Shown here one piece after another: positions 50,352 to 61,831 of a stretch of 64,000 nt of DNA; positions within the stretch are counted from its first letter, which is position 1, and every line of letters starts with the position of its first letter. The position numbers were made by a program, and so were the translations under genes. The DNA lies in contig CAVZMH010000007.1 of NCBI GenBank assembly GCA_963776345.1, forward strand, positions 42,709-106,708, written 5' to 3'. The notes below the pieces were generated by a model. It worked only from the letters and a program-made list of their open reading frames with translations. It did not search any database and was not told the DNA's origin. Source of the stretch: an uncultured delta proteobacterium (GTDB lineage: Bacteria > Myxococcota > Myxococcia > Myxococcales > Myxococcaceae).

Positions 50352-51518
50352 TTAGCGGGTCGAGGGGGGCTCGCCGAGGACCGGCGCGCGCGGCGGCGCC
50401 GGGTCCCGGCCCTCGACCGTGGTCCGGGTGTCGGGAGGCGTGGCGAGAAGCCCTGCCGCGGCGGCCTCGGCGGCGGCGCGCTCGCGACGCCCGGCCAGCA
50501 GCTCCCGGGCGAGGATCTGCGCCAGCGCCACCGCCGGTACGGCGACCACCGCGCCGGCGACGCCCAGGAGCTCCGCCAGGAAGAGGATGCCGAGCAGGGC
50601 CACCAGCGGATCGAGGTGCACCGTGCGGCGGAAGACGAAGGGGCCGAGCACGTTCCCCTCCAGCTGCCCGTAGAGGAGGAAGTAGCCGAGGGTGATCAGC
50701 GCCTTGATCGCCCCTCCGGTGATGAGCGTCACCAGGGTGATGAAGCCGCCGGTGAGGATCGGCCCGGCGTACGGCACCAGGCTGGAGAGGCCGCTCAGCA
50801 GCCCGAGCGGTAGGAAGTACGGGGTCCGGATCAGCGCCAGGACGGTGGTGGTCAGCGTGGCGTTCACCGAGCAGATGAAGAGCACCCCGCCCAGGTAGCC
50901 GCCCACCGCGCGGTACGACTTGGCGAGCACGCTCTCCCACCGCGGGCGGTCCGCCGCAGGGACCAGCACCAGCAGCCGCTGCACCAGCCCACCGCCGAAC
51001 ACCAGCATGAAGACGGTGAGGGCGAGCACGGTGAGGAAGCCGGCGACGGCGCTGAGGGCGGAGGTGACGGCGGTGAGGATGGGGTTCACCGCGGTCTGCG
51101 CCAGGCCGAACGCTCCGGACAGCGCGTCCTTCAGCCGCTCCTCGAGCTCGAAGCGTTCGTTGAGGCTCCGGAAGCGAGGAGACTGCCGGAGGTCGCCGAG
51201 GATGCGCGGCATCGAGGCGATGAAGTCCCTCAGCTGGTGAACGGCCGCCGGGACGACGAGCAGGAACAGCCCGGTGAGGAGCAGCACCACCGCCAGGGTG
51301 GTGAGGGCGATCGCCCATCCGCGGCGGACTCCCCGTGCCTCCAGGCGCCGCACCACGTGGTCCAGCGCGATCGCCAGCATCATCGCCCCGGCGGTCAGGG
51401 TGAGCGCGAGCCGGGTCTGGAGGACGAACAGGACCAGCGCCGCCGTGGCCAACACCGCGAAGCAGACGGTGAAGGCGGTCCTCAGCGTCACCTGGGAAGG
51501 GGTAGATGGAGGCGGCAA
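50352..51518 (-). CDS. AI-2E family transporter
   Basis: GGYLGG, LVPYAGP, QLEGNVLGP and GVAGAVVAVP motifs. Start uncertain. Confidence 0.88.
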   Translation of the reverse strand: MPPPSTPSQVTLRTAFTVCFAVLATAALVLFVLQTRLALTLTAGAMMLAIALDHVVRRLEARGVRRGWAIALTTLAVVLLLTGLFLLVVPAAVHQLRDFIASMPRILGDLRQSPRFRSLNERFELEERLKDALSGAFGLAQTAVNPILTAVTSALSAVAGFLTVLALTVFMLVFGGGLVQRLLVLVPAADRPRWESVLAKSYRAVGGYLGGVLFICSVNATLTTTVLALIRTPYFLPLGLLSGLSSLVPYAGPILTGGFITLVTLITGGAIKALITLGYFLLYGQLEGNVLGPFVFRRTVHLDPLVALLGILFLAELLGVAGAVVAVPAVALAQILARELLAGRRERAAAEAAAAGLLATPPDTRTTVEGRDPAPPRAPVLGEPPSTR

Positions 51519-51558
51519 GCGATCGAGCTCCGGGAGAGGCGCTAACCTTGCTCCTGCG

Positions 51559-52206
51559 ATGACCGATGGCAAGGACCGCTCTCCCTGTGCACGCTGCGCC
51601 GAGGCGCTCGGTCGCTCGTGCTGCCAGCCCGGGCCCGGCGAACGGCTCGCCACCCTGACCGCGAGCGATGTCGAGCGGATCCAGTGGGCCACCGGATGGC
51701 GGCGCGAGCGTTTCGTGGAGCACGAGCCGCTCACCCCGGAGGAGGCCGTGGCGTACGAGGCGCGCCGCCCGGGCTACCGCGAGTACTTCCGGAGCACCGC
51801 GGTGCGCTGGGGGCTGCGGGCGGAGCGCGGAGCCTGCGTGCTCCTCGGCCCGCAGGGGTGCTCGCTCGACGCCGCGGCCCGGCCCACCGCCTGCCTGCTC
51901 TACCCGTTCGAGCCCGCCGCGCACGGCTGGACGCTCGCCGTCGAGCGCTCCGGATCTCCGCAGCTCGCGGCCACGAGCGGCGAGCCGCGCTGCCTCGCCG
52001 CCGAGGAGGCCGGGAGCAAGGGAGAGCTCCGGCGCAGCTTCGGGCTCGCGGTCGAGGACTTGACGGCGCTGATCGATCGCTTGCGGGCCGAGGTGAAGGC
52101 CCACCCGGAAGCGGTGGACTCCGTCAAGCGGCGGGGACCTCGCTCCGTCGCCCGGACGGCGCCGGGAGATCGCCCCGCTCGCGTTCGCCGGGCGAGGCTG
52201 CGGTAG
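51559..52206 (+). CDS. YkgJ-like Cys-cluster (Zn/Fe-chelating) protein
   Basis: CARC..SCC, CVLL...GC and RPTACLLYPF motifs. Confidence 0.82.
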   Translation: MTDGKDRSPCARCAEALGRSCCQPGPGERLATLTASDVERIQWATGWRRERFVEHEPLTPEEAVAYEARRPGYREYFRSTAVRWGLRAERGACVLLGPQGCSLDAAARPTACLLYPFEPAAHGWTLAVERSGSPQLAATSGEPRCLAAEEAGSKGELRRSFGLAVEDLTALIDRLRAEVKAHPEAVDSVKRRGPRSVARTAPGDRPARVRRARLR

Positions 52207-52225
52207 AGTGCGTTCGGCCAGTCCC

Positions 52226-52981
52226 GTGAGCGATTCGTCTCCCCGCCAGCTCCTCCTCTTCGACTCCCACCCGCGTGCCCGTGCCCGCGTCCCGGTCCGC
52301 GAGGTCGCGGTCGACAAGGCCGCCTCGCTGGCGCAGCACCTCGCCCGTGACCTGGGAATGCCGGTGCGCCTCTCGGTCACCGACAACCGGAGCACGATGA
52401 TCAGCTTCCGGCGTGCGTCCTCCGCGCTCCGGCTGCGGCTCCACCACATGTTCCTCGATGCGCCCGGGCCGGTGCTTCAGGCGGTCGCCGACTACGCCGG
52501 GCGCGGCAGGCCCCAGGCCGGCCGGGTGCTGGACGAGTTCATCAAGCGCGAGCAGCCGCGAATCCGGCAGGAGCGCGACGCCTCGGACGAGCGCTTCTCT
52601 CCCGAGGGCCGCTTCTTCCACCTCGAGCAGATCCGCGACGCGCTGAACGAGCGCTTCTTCCAGGACGGGGTGCGGGCCAGCATCGGCTGGGGCCGCGTGC
52701 CCGGGCGCAGGCGGCGGAAGTCGATCCGTCTCGGCGTCTACGACCACCAGACGCGGGAGATCCGGGTCCACCCGGCGCTGGACCACCCCGCGGTGCCGCG
52801 CTTCTTCGTGGAGTTCATCGTCTTCCACGAGATGTTGCACCAGCTCTTCCCCAGCTCGAACGGGCCGGGGCGTCGCGTGCACCACCCGAGGGCGTTCCGC
52901 GATCGCGAGCGCGCCTTCCCGCTGTTCGAAGCGGCCATCGCCTGGGAGCGCGAGAACCTCCGCGCCCTTCTCCAGCGCTGA
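52226..52981 (+). CDS. SprT/YgjP-like zincin metalloprotein
   Basis: RLHHMF, IRVHPALD, FHEMLH (HExxH) and HHPRAFR.RE motifs. Confidence 0.78.
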   Translation: MSDSSPRQLLLFDSHPRARARVPVREVAVDKAASLAQHLARDLGMPVRLSVTDNRSTMISFRRASSALRLRLHHMFLDAPGPVLQAVADYAGRGRPQAGRVLDEFIKREQPRIRQERDASDERFSPEGRFFHLEQIRDALNERFFQDGVRASIGWGRVPGRRRRKSIRLGVYDHQTREIRVHPALDHPAVPRFFVEFIVFHEMLHQLFPSSNGPGRRVHHPRAFRDRERAFPLFEAAIAWERENLRALLQR

Positions 52982-52988
52982 GCACACC

Positions 52989-54416
<1,428 letters not shown>

Positions 54417-54426
54417 ACCGGTCCCG

Positions 54427-54642
54427 CTAGTCCCGCGGGAGGCAGACGCTCCCGCCGGGGTAGTACCCGGCAGGGCAAGTCGTCCCGCCGCCAGCGAGGA
54501 CCATGGAGTGCCGGAACTCGCCGACGCGTGCCTCCCGCTCCCGGGCCTCCACGTCCGGATCGCCGGGCCGCTGGCTGTACGACACCGAGGCACATCCGCC
54601 CAGCAACGTCGCCGCCAGGGCCATGGAGAGAAGCGTTCGCAT
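54427..54642 (-). CDS. Small lipoprotein
   Basis: Lipobox LLGGC and C-terminal CPAGYYPGGSVC. Confidence 0.6.
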   Translation of the reverse strand: MRTLLSMALAATLLGGCASVSYSQRPGDPDVEAREREARVGEFRHSMVLAGGGTTCPAGYYPGGSVCLPRD

Positions 54643-54784
54643 CGCGCCGCCCGGTCGTTGCACCGGTCGAGCGCCTCACGGTGCATGCACCGGACCCCGG
54701 GGCGAGGTGAGGAGCGTCGCGGCCTTGCGTCGATCCGGGGAGGGTCCGCCGCTCGCTCCAAAGTCGAGATGCACCCGCCTCGCG

Positions 54785-54833
54785 CGAGGTGTCAGACACC
54801 TCGTTTTCCGCCACCTCGTTTTCCTCGTTTCCC
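54785..54833. repeat. REP-like palindrome copy 3 with trailing half-sites
   Basis: CGAGGTGT-CAG-ACACCTCG (54785-54803), then two further (A)CCTCGTTT copies. Confidence 0.7.
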
Positions 54834-55285
54834 ACCCGAGCTCCCCGCGACAGCCCTCGTTCCTCTGCTGCTGCTGCGCGAGGTCGGCGCGCCCGACCGG
54901 GTCTTCTTCGGCGGAGAACGAGGTGCGGTCGCCCGCCCGTCGCCCTGCACCACCGCCCAGAGCCGCTTCGGCGCGATGAGGCGGTAGCTCTCGAGGACCA
55001 GCGCCCGGACCTCGCCCCAGTCGCGCACGCCCTTCAGGTCCATGCTGATCCAGCCGTGCGCGCCGACGTAGGGCGCGCGAACGAAGCGCGGGTCCTGGAT
55101 CGCCGCATCGGCGTGTTCACGCTCGAGCTTGAAGCCGATGGTGGCCTTCCCTCGGTGGTCGCCGAAGCCGGCGAAGATCTTCCCCGCACCCGGAAGTGCG
55201 GCTGGCCCCAGGTGGCCGTCTCGGTCGTCTCGGGCAGGGCGAGGCAGATCCAGCGCATCTCGATCAGCGGGCTGGAGCGGGGCAT
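54792..55285 (-). CDS. MmcQ/YjbR family DNA-binding protein, one frameshift at about 55183
   Basis: ICLALPET.E..TWGQPHFRV, shift in a G run, then KIFA..DPRF..APYVGAHGWI..LVLESYRLIAPKRL. The 3' end is uncertain. Confidence 0.8.
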
Positions 55286-55355
55286 CCCGGGTCTCCTCCC
55301 TCGGCTGGCCCGGCGAGGAGCTGGGTGCGCCGACGCCCCATGCTCGCCGCCATCG

Positions 55356-56630
55356 TCAATGAAGGTCCAGCCGGAGCAGGCGAGGCCGTGCCGGCGGCGC
55401 CCCGGGCCGGAGCGCCCCGTCGTCGGTGAAGCGTCCCCACCCGCTGTCGATCAGGGCGAGGGCGCCGCGCCGGGTGGCGACGACGTGGGTGGGGTCTCCG
55501 AGCTCGGGACCGCGGGCGAGCACCGACCAGCGCGTCACCCGCCGTCCCTCCTTGGAGAGCCAGAGGCGAACCAGCCGGGGCTGGACGATCCCGTTCTGCA
55601 CTGCCAGGAGCCCGCCCGGCGCGAGGGCCAGGCCGTCGATGCCGCCGGTGACCAGGTCGTCCGGCCCGAGCACCGGCTCGGGGACACCCCCGGACACCGG
55701 AAGCGCGAACAGCCCGAGCGTCCAGTCCGGGACGAGCAGCGTCCGCCCGTCCGCCGTGAGCACCGGCGTCTGCGGGCTGGAGAAGGTGTGCTCGGGGACG
55801 AGCGGCTCGAGCGCTCCGCCTCCAGGGGAGAGGCGGTACACAGTGCCGGCCAGCGCATCCGAGACGAAGGCCGTCCCGTCGGGCGCCACCGTGAGATCTC
55901 CGAGGAGGTGAGGCCCGCTGCCGGGCGGCGCGCGCCGGGCGAGCTCCGCCCCGTCCTCGAGCCGGACGGTCACCAGCTCCGAGCGGCCCTCGTCCGCCTT
56001 CCGGAAGCCCTCGGCGTGCGGCACGGCGGCGACCGTGACGTGGAGGAGCCGTCTCTCCGGGTCCAGCCCGAGCGCGAAGGCGCCGCTCCCGGCCGGCGCC
56101 GGATGCGCCCACGCGCTCCACCGTCCCCCGAGCCGCCGCCAGACCTGGCCAGTCCGCACGCTGGAGACGAACACCGCGCCGGTCCGCGGATCCTCCGCCA
56201 CGTCCTCGACCAGCCCGAGCTCGGGCGGAACGGCCACCTCCAGCCCCCCGGACCTCGCCGGCCGTCGCCCCTCGTCGAAGCGGGAGAGCAGCGGCGCCCA
56301 TCGCCCGTCGGGGTGCAGAGGCGCCAGGTCCTGGTCCGAGGCCAGGTCCGTCGCGAGCCCCGCCGAGGCCAGCGGCGAGAGCGCGGCGAACGCCTGGTCG
56401 ATCCGGCCGGCCCTCGCCTCGAGACAGGCCAGGTCGTACGCAAGGTCGACCCGTCCCGGCGCCGCTGCGCGTCGACGGTCGAGCGCGGCCCGGGCCTCGT
56501 CGAGCGCGCCCGAGCCGAACGCCCGGTTGAAGGTGCGCCGGGCCTCGACGTACTGGACCGGCCGACTCCCCTGGCCCGAGACGCCCCCGTCCGCGGCCAG
56601 CAGCGCGAAGGCGAGGAGCAGCGTGCGCAT
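55356..56630 (-). CDS. Secreted TPR + SMP-30/gluconolactonase-like beta-propeller protein
   Basis: Signal peptide, YDLACLEAR..DQDL, then propeller motifs (DLTVAPDGTAFVSD, GIDGL, VQNG). Confidence 0.75.
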   Translation of the reverse strand: MRTLLLAFALLAADGGVSGQGSRPVQYVEARRTFNRAFGSGALDEARAALDRRRAAAPGRVDLAYDLACLEARAGRIDQAFAALSPLASAGLATDLASDQDLAPLHPDGRWAPLLSRFDEGRRPARSGGLEVAVPPELGLVEDVAEDPRTGAVFVSSVRTGQVWRRLGGRWSAWAHPAPAGSGAFALGLDPERRLLHVTVAAVPHAEGFRKADEGRSELVTVRLEDGAELARRAPPGSGPHLLGDLTVAPDGTAFVSDALAGTVYRLSPGGGALEPLVPEHTFSSPQTPVLTADGRTLLVPDWTLGLFALPVSGGVPEPVLGPDDLVTGGIDGLALAPGGLLAVQNGIVQPRLVRLWLSKEGRRVTRWSVLARGPELGDPTHVVATRRGALALIDSGWGRFTDDGALRPGAPPARPRLLRLDLH

Positions 56631-56684
56631 CGCACACCGGTCCTCTCACACCGGGGCGCGCGGGCGTGCGACACTCCGCCACCG

Positions 56685-58328
56685 ATGCTTGCCCTGCAGC
56701 TGGCTGCAATCCTGGCGGCCGCCGCCCCCCAGAAGCTGGATCTGGTCATCGAGCACGGCCGGGTGGTGGACGGCTCGGGCAGCCCGTGGTTCCGGGCGGA
56801 CGTGGGCATCCAGGGGGACCGCATCGCCCGGATGGGTGACCTGCGCGACGTCCCGGCGAAGCTTCGCATCGACGCGCGCGACCACCTGGTCACCCCGGGC
56901 TTCATCGACCTGCTCGGGCAGAGCGAGCTCTCGGTCCTGGTCGATCCGCGCGCCGAGTCGAAGATCCGCCAGGGCATCACCACCGAGCTCACCGGGGAGC
57001 TGGGCACGGTGGCCCCGGTCCGCGATGAGATCCTCGGCGGGGTGATGGGCTGGCTCTCGCTCCACCAGGTCAAGATCGACTGGAAGGATCTCGACGGATA
57101 CTGGAAGCGCCTCCGCGCGGCGAGGCCGGCGATCAACCTCGGAACGCTGGTCTCCACCGGCCAGGTCCGCTCGGTGGTGATGGGGCAGGGCTCCGAGGCG
57201 CCCACGCCCGAGCAGCTGCTCCGGATGCAGATCGAGGTGCAGAAGGCGATGCGGCAGGGCGCCTTCGGGGTGGCCGCCGCGCTCTGGTACCCGCCCACGC
57301 GGTATCAGACGACGGACGAGCTGGTGCTGCTCGCCCGGTCCGCGGCGAAGTTCGGCGGGTTCTACGCCACGCACCTCCGCGACGAGGGCGACCAGGTGCT
57401 CGCGGCGCTCGACGAGGCCATCGACATCGGCCGCCGGGCCGGACTTCCGGTGGAGGTCTGGCACCTCAAGGTGGCCGGCAAGCAGAACTGGGGCCGGATG
57501 CCCGAGGTGCTCCAGCGGATCGCCGCCGCTCGGGCCGAGGGGCTCGACGTCTCGGCCAACGTGTATCCGTACCTCGCCGGGGCCAACATGCTGCACGCCG
57601 ACGTTCCGGACTGGGCGCAGGCCGGCGGCGTGTCGGCGATGCTGGGCCGGCTCCGCGACCAGGAGCAGCGGACGCGCATCGAGCGGGAGATCACCGCCAG
57701 CTGGAAGGACCCCTCCGATCCGGAGCGGGTGGTCATCCTGCTCGCGCTGTCGCCGGAGGCGAAGCGCTACGAGGGCAAGAACCTGGCCGAGGTGGCGAAG
57801 GAGCGCGCGACCTCGCCGGCGGCGGCGCTGGTCGATCTGGTGTTGCTCGACGCCGGGAGCACCCAGGTGCTCCGGTTCCTCGCCAGCGAGTTCGACCTCC
57901 GCGCCGCGCTCCGCGAGCCGTGGGTGTGCATCGGCGTGGACGCGAGCGCCGACGCGCCGGACGGACCCCTCGGCCCGGAGGGGACGCACCCGCGCGCCTT
58001 CGGCTCGATGGCCCGGCTCCTGGGGACCTACGCCCGGGACGAGAAGCTCTTCACGCTCGAGGAGGCGGTGCGGAAGGTCACCTCCGGCCCGGCCCGCCGG
58101 CTCGGGCTCACCGACCGCGGCCTCCTCCGTCCGGGGATGATGGCCGACCTGGTGGTCGTCGACCCGGCGAAGGTGAAGGACGTGGCCACCTACGCCCGGC
58201 CCAAGCGGTTCCCCGAGGGCATCGAGACCGTCCTGGTGAACGGGCAGCCGGTGCTGGTGGACGGCATCCGCACCGAGACCCGGCCCGGACGGCCGCTGCT
58301 CCACCCGGTCCCGGACGCAGCTCGCTAG
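56685..58328 (+). CDS. N-acyl-D-amino-acid deacylase family amidohydrolase (secreted)
   Basis: GRVVDGSG, PGFID, THLRDEG, HPRAFG, RGLLRPGMMADLVV and VLVNG motifs. Confidence 0.88.
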   Translation: MLALQLAAILAAAAPQKLDLVIEHGRVVDGSGSPWFRADVGIQGDRIARMGDLRDVPAKLRIDARDHLVTPGFIDLLGQSELSVLVDPRAESKIRQGITTELTGELGTVAPVRDEILGGVMGWLSLHQVKIDWKDLDGYWKRLRAARPAINLGTLVSTGQVRSVVMGQGSEAPTPEQLLRMQIEVQKAMRQGAFGVAAALWYPPTRYQTTDELVLLARSAAKFGGFYATHLRDEGDQVLAALDEAIDIGRRAGLPVEVWHLKVAGKQNWGRMPEVLQRIAAARAEGLDVSANVYPYLAGANMLHADVPDWAQAGGVSAMLGRLRDQEQRTRIEREITASWKDPSDPERVVILLALSPEAKRYEGKNLAEVAKERATSPAAALVDLVLLDAGSTQVLRFLASEFDLRAALREPWVCIGVDASADAPDGPLGPEGTHPRAFGSMARLLGTYARDEKLFTLEEAVRKVTSGPARRLGLTDRGLLRPGMMADLVVVDPAKVKDVATYARPKRFPEGIETVLVNGQPVLVDGIRTETRPGRPLLHPVPDAAR

Positions 58329-58334
58329 CGCACC

Positions 58335-60024
58335 TCAGTCGGGCTCGCCGGCGCGCTTCGGCTCGGGGAAGCGGCGGAACCAGCTGTTCGGGTTCCAGGT
58401 GGGCCTGGCCGGCGCCTGGGCGATGGAGACTCCGAGGAGGAAGTTGAACCGGGTCAGCTGGGCGAACGGTTCCCAGTCCCGATCCGGCTCGAAGCTCGTC
58501 CTGCGGCCGGTGGTAGCGCTTTCGCCAGAACTCCCGCTCGGCCGCGGTTTGCTCCGGGGTCAGACCGGCCATCCCGTTGAAGATCTGCGCGGCGGGGATG
58601 CCCTTCTTCACGAAGTTGAAGTTGTCCGAGCGGACGAAGTAGGCCTGCTCGGGCTCCGGATCCGGCGACACCCGAAGCCCGAGCGCCCCGGCCGCCCGTG
58701 CCACGTCCGCGCCGAGCGTGCTCTCGTCCGTCCCGAGCGCCACCACGTCCTTCGAGCGGATGCAGCGGGTACGCACCGTCCACGTCGATGTCGGCGACGA
58801 GGTTCTGGAGGGGCACCGTGGGGTGGCGGGCGAACCACTCCGAGCCGAGGAGCCCGCGCTCCTCGGCGGTGACGAAGAGGAAGAGGATGCCGCGCCGCGG
58901 AGGCTGACCGAGCCGGGTGAAGGCCCGCGCCGTCTCGAGGAGGCTGGCCACGCCGGCCGCGTCGTCCGAGGCACCGTTGTAGATGCGGTCCCCGTTCACC
59001 GGCTTGCCGATGCCCATGTGGTCCAGGTGAGCGCCGTAGACCACCATCTCCTTCGCGGTCGGCGACGCCGGATCGGCCAGGAGCAGGCCCGACCACGTTC
59101 TCCGAGGTGCGCCGGCGCAGCCTGCTCTCCGCGCGCAGCCGCGCGCGCAGCCCGAGGTCGAAGCCGCGGGGCCTTCCCAGCGCCGACGCCTGCACCAGGC
59201 CGGCGACCGTCTCCGGCCGCCCGGCTTGCTTGAGCAGCGCCTCGAACGCAGCGGCGCTGATCAGCGCCTCGGGGAGGAGCGGCGGAGCGTCCTCGAGCCG
59301 CATCGCATCGAACTCGTAGTGCTCGGCCAGCAGCCGGAAGGGAGTGAGGGCCTCCTTCTCCGGTGGCCAGACGAAGACCAGGGCCCGGGCTCCACGCCGC
59401 ATCAGCTCCCGCGCCACGCGCTCGCTCTGCCCGTGGACTGCCGAGGCGAGCGAGGGGAAGAAGTCCGGGCGCTCGGACCGGGGAGCGCCGGCGAGGACGA
59501 CGACGATCTTGTCGCGGACGTCGACCTTCGCGAAGTCGTCGTATCCGTACTCGGGCACGCTGAGCCCGTGGCCGGCGAACACCACCTCACCGGACACGTC
59601 GGTGAGGCCCTGGGCGAGGTCGGCTGTCCACCACCAGGTTCTCGCCCCGGACCAGCGACAGCGGCGCACCCGGGCCACCGGTGAGCTCGAGCGAGCCGGA
59701 GAGCGGGGTGCCGCGCACCAGCGGGACCTTCTGGAAGTACGTCCCGTTCTCGCCCGCCGCCTGGAGCCCCAGCGACTGCAGCTCGCTCGCCACGTACCGC
59801 GCGGCGACGTCGTACCCCGGCGTGCCGGGGTCACGTCCTCCCAGGAGGTCGTCGGCGAGGAAGCGGATGTGGCTGGCGATGGCCTGGGGCTGGATGGACG
59901 CCGCGGCGGACCGGTCGGCCTCGGAGAAGCCGTGCCCGTGCTGGGCCGCCGGCGCGGCGTGGCGTGGCGTGGACGTGGCGCAGGCGACGGTCAGCCAGAG
60001 GACGGGCAGGGGCAGCAGGCGCAT
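58335..60024 (-). pseudogene. M28 aminopeptidase with PA domain, interrupted by four +1 frameshifts (probably sequencing errors)
   Basis: Consecutive frames give HIRFLADDLLGGR, AHLDHMG, IYNGASDDAAG, TAEERGLLGS, RSDNFNF and YHRPQD. Shifts at about 59629, 59088, 58753 and 58494. Confidence 0.8.
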
Positions 60025-60077
60025 GGGAGCCCGGGAGACAAGCACGGACGGCCGCCAGGACCACGTCCCCTTTGCAG

Positions 60078-61781
60078 TCAGCTGCCCGGCCGGGGCAGGA
60101 AGAAGCTGCCCGGGAGGAACCGGGGCCGCTCGGCGCGCTCGGCCACCGACAGCCCGAGGAGGAACTGGAACCGGGCGAACTGCGCCGCCGGGCCGTGATC
60201 GCGCCCTGGCTCCCAGTGGTCTGCGGCCCGATGGTAGTGGGCCTTGCGGTAGGCGGCCTGGGCCGCCCGCTCCTGCTCGCTCGCGCCGCCGAGGCCCACC
60301 CGGGTGGCGGTGGCCGGGATGCCGACCTGGAGGAAGCTGTACTGGTCGCTCCGCACGGCGAAGGCCTGCCGCGGATCCGGGTCGGGGCCCATCGTCAGCC
60401 CGAGCGCGGTCGCGGCCCGCTCCGCGTCGTCCCTGAGCGAGCTCTCGTCGGCGCCGAGCGCCACCATCTCGCGGGGCACGAAGATCGGCAGCCCCGAGTC
60501 GGCGTTGACGTCGCCGACCAGCGCCTCGCGCCGGACCGGGGGATGGGCCACGAACCACTCCGAGCCGAGCAAGCCCTCCTCCTCGCCGCTGACCAACGCG
60601 AACAGCACCCCGCGACGCGGCCGCTGGGGCAGCCGGGTGAAGGCGCGGGCGATCTCCAGCACGTTCGCCACGCCGGCGGCGTTGTCCGAGGCGCCGTTGT
60701 AGATGGCGTCGCCCGCCTCGGGCTTGCCGATGCCCAGGTGGTCCAGGTGCGCGGTGAACACCACGGCCTCGCCCGCCGCCGGAGAGCCGGGGGCGGCGCG
60801 CCAGAGCCCGACCACGTTGGCCGTCCGGACGGTGCGGAGCGCGGCATCGATCCGGAGGTGCGCCTGCGTGCCGAGCGGGAAGGGCGTGTGCTCGCGGCGC
60901 TCGGCGGCGGCGAACAGCGTGGCCAGCCGCTCGCTCCGTCCGGCGGCGGCGAGGAACGCGTCGGCCCCGGCCATCGACAGCCCGGCCTGGGGGAGGGAGT
61001 CGCGCGCGGGCACCAGGCCGTTCTCCACCAGGGCCATCACCCCTCGCTGCGCGGCCGCGACCTGCTCGGTGAACGGCCAGATCTTCTCACGGGTGGGCGT
61101 CTGGACCCAGAGCACCCCGGCGACGCCGCGCGCCTGGAGGCGCTCCAGCTTGGAGCGCGCCGAGCCGTACACCGCGCTGGGGATGGGCGGGAAGAAGTCG
61201 GGGGTGGTGCCGAGCGGCGCGCCCACCAGCACCAGGGCGATCTTCCCCCGGAGGTCGAGACCCGCGAGATCGTCCCAGCGGTACTCGGGGGCCACGATCC
61301 CGTAGCCCACGTACACCACCGCGGCGGTCACGTCGGCCAGGCCCTCCGCGAGCGGCGCGCGGGCGAGGTAGTCGCGCTCGAGGACCAGCGCGGCGGTGCC
61401 GCCCCCCGGGGTCCCGATCTCCAGGCGCGCGGCGCGGGTCCTCGCGCCTCGCAGGGTCATCGCCTGGAACCACCCGCCATCGTCGCCCGCGGGCTCCAGG
61501 CCCATGCCCTGGAGCTGGCTCGCCACGTAGGCGGCGGCGACGTCGAAACCGCGCTCGCCCGCCGCGCGGCCCTCGAGCAGGTCGTCGGCGAGGAAGCGGA
61601 TGTGCGCCGAGACGGCGTCGGGACGGATGCCGGCCGCGGCCTCGGCGGCGCCCGGGGCGATGAGGTCCGCGCCGCGGGAGCCGGGCGGCGCCGAGGCGCC
61701 GGAGGTGGCGCAGCCGGCGAGGAGGAGGAGCAGCGAGAGGACACCGCGCCGGGGCGCTTCGCGACGAGGCTCGATGGGCAT
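60078..61781 (-). CDS. M28 family aminopeptidase lipoprotein with PA domain
   Basis: LAGC lipobox, AHLDHLG, YNGASDNAAG, GEEEGLLGS, RSDQYSF and YHRAAD motifs. Confidence 0.92.
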   Translation of the reverse strand: MPIEPRREAPRRGVLSLLLLLAGCATSGASAPPGSRGADLIAPGAAEAAAGIRPDAVSAHIRFLADDLLEGRAAGERGFDVAAAYVASQLQGMGLEPAGDDGGWFQAMTLRGARTRAARLEIGTPGGGTAALVLERDYLARAPLAEGLADVTAAVVYVGYGIVAPEYRWDDLAGLDLRGKIALVLVGAPLGTTPDFFPPIPSAVYGSARSKLERLQARGVAGVLWVQTPTREKIWPFTEQVAAAQRGVMALVENGLVPARDSLPQAGLSMAGADAFLAAAGRSERLATLFAAAERREHTPFPLGTQAHLRIDAALRTVRTANVVGLWRAAPGSPAAGEAVVFTAHLDHLGIGKPEAGDAIYNGASDNAAGVANVLEIARAFTRLPQRPRRGVLFALVSGEEEGLLGSEWFVAHPPVRREALVGDVNADSGLPIFVPREMVALGADESSLRDDAERAATALGLTMGPDPDPRQAFAVRSDQYSFLQVGIPATATRVGLGGASEQERAAQAAYRKAHYHRAADHWEPGRDHGPAAQFARFQFLLGLSVAERAERPRFLPGSFFLPRPGS

Positions 61782-61831
61782 GGGACGGGGGAAGCCTAGC
61801 GTCCTCCCCGGCGCCCGGGGGGACCTGGCGG

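Noticed and set aside
55175..55190. Programmed frameshift in the MmcQ/YjbR gene
   Set aside because: One base is missing in a short G run with no slippery heptamer, and other indels in the window indicate sequencing error.
54789..56684. N-terminal 630-aa extension of the 1179-aa ORF as a fusion to the aminoacylase
   Set aside because: It is the antisense shadow of two minus-strand genes. The real protein starts at ATG 56685 with a signal-like peptide.
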